Below, in pieces: positions 60,357 to 64,000 of a stretch of 64,000 nucleotides of DNA (position 1 is its first letter; each line of letters starts with the position of its first letter). Made by a program: the position numbers and the translations under genes. The notes beneath the pieces were generated by a model. That model was not told the DNA's origin. It ran no database searches and saw only the letters and a list, made by a program, of their open reading frames with translations. The DNA is from Pelomyxa schiedti (lineage: Eukaryota; Protista; Evosea), in NCBI GenBank assembly GCA_020536535.1, contig JAHLWZ010000173.1, positions 1 through 64,000 on the forward strand, written 5' to 3'.

Positions 60357-63300
60357 ATGAAGCGAACAAGAGACGCAGACGTACAGCCCGGCAAGTACGA
60401 GGAGGCAGCGTACAAACTCCTCCTCTCGGCGCGCGAGGCTGTAAGCAGTGTTTCCGTTGGCTCCTCGACGCTCAAGATCCGCGACCGCACCGCCGCCCTC
60501 GCGGCGCTCAACAACGCCCGCGACGACCTGCGCTCCGCCCTCTCCATGCACTCGTGCTGGCAGGAGAAGCGCGCGCCCACGAGCTCCGCCCAAGGCGCCG
60601 ACCCCGGCGGCGCCAGCGACCCGGCGAGCGCCAGCGAGGCCGCCGCGGCCACTGGGGGCGCGGCGCCCGAGGCGGCGGAGCGGGAGGCGGGGGGCTTCAT
60701 CGCGGAGGCCGCGAGGGAGGCGGGGTTCCGCGGCCCGGCGGACGTGTGGTTCTCGTCCGAGGTGTTCTTCTCGCTGTCCGAGGTGCACCGCAAGCTGGCC
60801 GCGGCCGGGGAGTCGCCCGCGGCCAACCTGGAGACCGCGGCCGAGATGGCCTCGGCGTGCCTGCGCGCGCGCGACGCCCACGGCGCCCCGGCCGACCAGG
60901 TCGCCGCGGTCGCCATGCACGTGGCCCTGGCCTACCGGAGCCTGGCCGCGATGCGCAGCACCGCCCGCAACTTCGCCCGCGCCGCCGCCGTCCTGCGGGA
61001 GGCCGCGCTGAAGGAGGGCCTCGGCGGCGACATGAGGGGCTCGGTCCTCAGAAACCTGGGCGCCACGCACTCCATGCTGGCGGAGTTCCTGCGCGACGGC
61101 GGCAAGGCGGACGACGACGCAGAGCCCGGGGGCTCGAGTACCAACAAGGAGGGCCAGCCCGAGTTCGATGCGGCCAGGAGTGCAAGGTTCGCCGTGAACG
61201 CGCTCACTGCAGCGCTGCGGGACGATGCGACGCACATTGAAACATACAGGATACTTGGCAAGATGCACGTGATGCTCGCGGAGACTCACGAGCCTGTGGC
61301 TAACCTGAAGCTGGCTTGCGGCGCTTTCGGTGGTGAAATACAGCACACTAATTCCAAGTCAAACCCGGCGTCGTATGGTCTTGCCCACTATAACCTCGCT
61401 TGCGCCCATAGAAAGCTTGCTCAGAGAGATGTTTCCCCTGCTGACAATCTCCTCGCTGCCCACTCCTCATTGGAAAAAGCAATATCCGCTTTCAATGCTA
61501 TGAAGACAGAGGGGAATGCTCGGCGGATGCAAATGCTCGAAATGGATGCGACTGTTCTAAGAGAGCTAGCTAAACACCACGACCCTGTTACCCATCTCAA
61601 GGCTGCTGTTCAAGCTTACACTCAAGTCACCCTAAACCTTAAAGACAAAACAGGCCTCATGAAAACTCACCTCAGTCTGGGAAAGACTTACGTGGACCTC
61701 GCCGGGCATGAAGACCCATTAGTCAATTTACAACATGCAATTCGCATGTTCAAGAAGGCAATCTCACTGTGTAAGGTAGCTCCAACCGAGTATCCCGTCA
61801 TTGCAACCGAACTTGGAAAAGCTTATTCTAAACTTGCATTGCATGTGTCACCAGAATCAAATTTGGACTTGGCTGTGCGCGTATTTGGTGATGCTATAAA
61901 AGCCATAAAAACAAGTACAGGTCCTCAATTTGCTGCTGCTCAAACGAAGCTGGGGCACGCCCACTACATACTCTCTCTGATGAGCTCTAAAACTGAAAAT
62001 TTGGAATCTGCTATTCAAGCTTACACAGCAGCTCTAACCGTGTACACTCGTACCCAATATCAACACAAGTATTCCGTTGTCTCGAGGTTACTGGGAACTT
62101 GCCTTCTGGGCTTAGCAGCCGAGACCCCCCGCAATGAAACACTTTCTCGGGCGCTTGCGGCGTTATCCGACAGCTTAAGCGTCAAACATACAGAAGATAA
62201 GGTTAGCTACAAATAGTCCCTGCAAAATCACAAGGACCAATAGTCTCTCAGGAAGGTGGCTACTCAGAAGAACCTGGAATTCAATTCGGCGACCTCGAAC
62301 CAGTGGAATTTCTTGGTATGTTTATCAGACTTCATCATTACTCTCTTACATTCCCCAGGGCATTGTGGTCCATGCTGTTCCATCTTCCGAGCTCGTAATG
62401 GACCACAGTCATTTACTGTGAAATGCGTGTTCCCATCGAATGACGACGAAACCGAGATGCCTGAAAGAGTCACTTCCCTAAATCCTATCTTAAATGAGAT
62501 AGCTATACTCACATCTCAAGTCCCCCGTGATGAGCATATCACACATCCATCAAGTATTTCTATTGTCACTCCTACACCTCCTTGGCAAGAGCTCTTCCCG
62601 GGTAATCAGACGGGAGAACACGTTTTGTGTGCCATTGGCCCGAAATGTACCAGCATCAAAGAAAGCTTTCATGAGGTCTGGACAACTGATCGCCAGGTGG
62701 CATGGACTCTTTTAACTCATTGGTTTGTGCAACTCGTGTGTGTTGTTCACAGACTCGAACGACTTAATGTAGTACACAGGTAACCACCTCCTCACTTTAA
62801 AGCAACTCACATTTAACCAGAAACATCAATCCTAACACTGTGGTAATCGGGGACAACGGCGCACTCAAGTTGACTGATTTTGGATATGCTCTGGTGTGTA
62901 CTGGGGACGGAACGCTGCAACGGGAATTACATAGTGGTACTCCAAAGTGGGGGCCAGACTGCAGTTCCAGTGAAGAAGACCCCTCATCCTCCACAATGCC
63001 CCCAGAAATTGCGCAAATCCCTCCACTCGACACCGGAGCAATCAATGTGTCATGGGTCAAGGCCGATTCCTATGCCGCGGCCAAGACGATACGGCTGATT
63101 CTTTCCGCAGGTTAGTCCAATCACACACCCCTTCCCAACCAAACAAGTCGAGTTGCTTCTCCACAATTCCCGGATTCCCCGTACTGATTCCCCACACAGA
63201 ACAGGACCAGGAGGACCAAGAACAGGAAGCCACTGAATCGGAGGCACCTCCTCTGCTCGCTACTCCACCGGAAGCCACAGAGATGCTCGGGGTTGTGGCC

Positions 63301-63441
63301 ATGATGCTGTGTGAGGACCCCCCAGCCCGCTTGTCCTCCTTCCAGGCCCTTGAGCTCCTCACCGCAAGTAGCAGCGGCAGTGGCAGTAGCACCAGCAGCA
63401 CCAACAACGCACAGACAACCGAGAATTCCAATTCATCCTAA
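60357..63441 (+). CDS. TPR-repeat array fused to a C-terminal protein pseudokinase domain
   Basis: Exon 1 (60357-62201) carries TPR-like units such as ENLESAIQAYTAALTVYTR. Introns 62202-62251, 62316-62358 and 62780-62820 keep the frame into FTVK...LNEIAIL...VVHR|NINPN...LKLTDFG...MPPE...DSYA...DPPARLS. Confidence 0.8.
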
Positions 63442-63671
63442 AGGCAGCACTGCCAAACCAATACCCGGCCTTATTGATGTCTTCTTCACTGCACTCGATT
63501 GCACTGGATTGCACTGCACTGAACCTGATCGTTGTTTCAATTTCCGGATTTCGCGTGCCCAAAAAAGTATTTTCCCCAAAGTGACACAAAGCATCAGCAA
63601 GAAAAAAAAAACAAAGGTCAGTAAACTCGCTCCGTTGACGGATAGCTGTGCGTTGCCCCCCCTCGCGGCCA

Positions 63672-64000
63672 ATGAGCAACTTCCAGCCCCTTAACAGCAC
63701 CGTGTGCGACCTGTGCCTGGACCTGTCCTCGGAGTGCATCTTCTGCCGCGGCAGCGAGTTCTTTGGCACGGCCAGCGTGTGCCTGTGCCCGTCGTCGGTG
63801 GACGCGTCCGAGGCGGCGGCCGAGGGGGTCCAGGTGGTGGGCGGGGACGACTGCAACGACGCGGCGTTCGGGGGCAAGGTCTACCGCACGCACGTGGCGT
63901 GCCACCCGGGGCAGATGGCCGTAGTAATCCTGGTGTCGATCGTGGCCCCGGCGGCCCTCGCGGGCCTGGTGGTCGCCCTGTGCTGCTGCCGCTGCTACTA
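63672..64000 (+). CDS. Partial gene (3' truncated): small Cys-rich ectodomain + TM helix + Cys cluster (PSI/PTTG1IP-like layout)
   Basis: Open to the window end: MSNFQPLNSTVCDLCLDLSSECIFC...VCLCP...C...CHPGQMAVVILVSIVAPAALAGLVVALCCCRCY. It is absent from the ORF track because it has no stop. Confidence 0.7.
   Translation, partial: MSNFQPLNSTVCDLCLDLSSECIFCRGSEFFGTASVCLCPSSVDASEAAAEGVQVVGGDDCNDAAFGGKVYRTHVACHPGQMAVVILVSIVAPAALAGLVVALCCCRCY

Noticed and set aside
1-64000. Bacterial contamination or an operon-like gene cluster
   Set aside because: The bacterial-type genes carry spliceosomal introns, alternate strands and are interleaved with RPL37A, CDC23, NTF2 and CCDC93. No functional clustering can be supported.

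Overview
This is gene-dense, intron-rich eukaryotic DNA in the standard genetic code. Introns are mostly 40-120 nt GT-AG, several with a CTAAC/CTRAY branch point, and intergenic gaps are often under 400 bp. The gene content (CudA-like factor, HRDLAARN kinase, bacterial-type enzymes carrying spliceosomal introns) points to an amoebozoan, plausibly an anaerobic archamoeba such as Pelomyxa; this is inference and was not verified. About 26 protein genes were assembled by hand from the exons. In order they are: WWE-PARP (5' truncated), CE4 deacetylase, eL43, START protein, RGS protein, DUF885, a P/Q-rich putative transcription factor, a 12-module Cys-rich surface protein, a cobalamin-binding radical SAM enzyme, a four-helix-bundle/EF-hand/ricin-like protein, a CudA-like IPT/TIG factor, GH78 rhamnosidase, a membrane protein, APC8/CDC23, an ankyrin-like protein, a GNAT with a frame break, a CS-cyclophilin fusion, NTF2, an unknown protein, CCDC93, an MMPL transporter, a SAM-SAM-tyrosine kinase-ankyrin protein, a GPI-type 5'-nucleotidase, a weakly supported hypothetical, a TPR-pseudokinase and a 3'-truncated Cys-rich membrane protein. 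No tRNA, rRNA, CRISPR array or transposon was recognised. The two 100-N gaps have exact 121-bp duplicated flanks, which points to an assembly k-mer effect. The most interesting observations are the intron-bearing B12 radical SAM gene, the TPR-pseudokinase (HRD to HRN), the SAM-SAM-TK-ankyrin architecture, a p53/COE-like Zn motif in an unknown factor, cysteine co-loss across the repeat modules, and abrupt GC islands inside long first exons. Exon boundaries were read by eye, and every family call needs confirmation by HMM or structure search.
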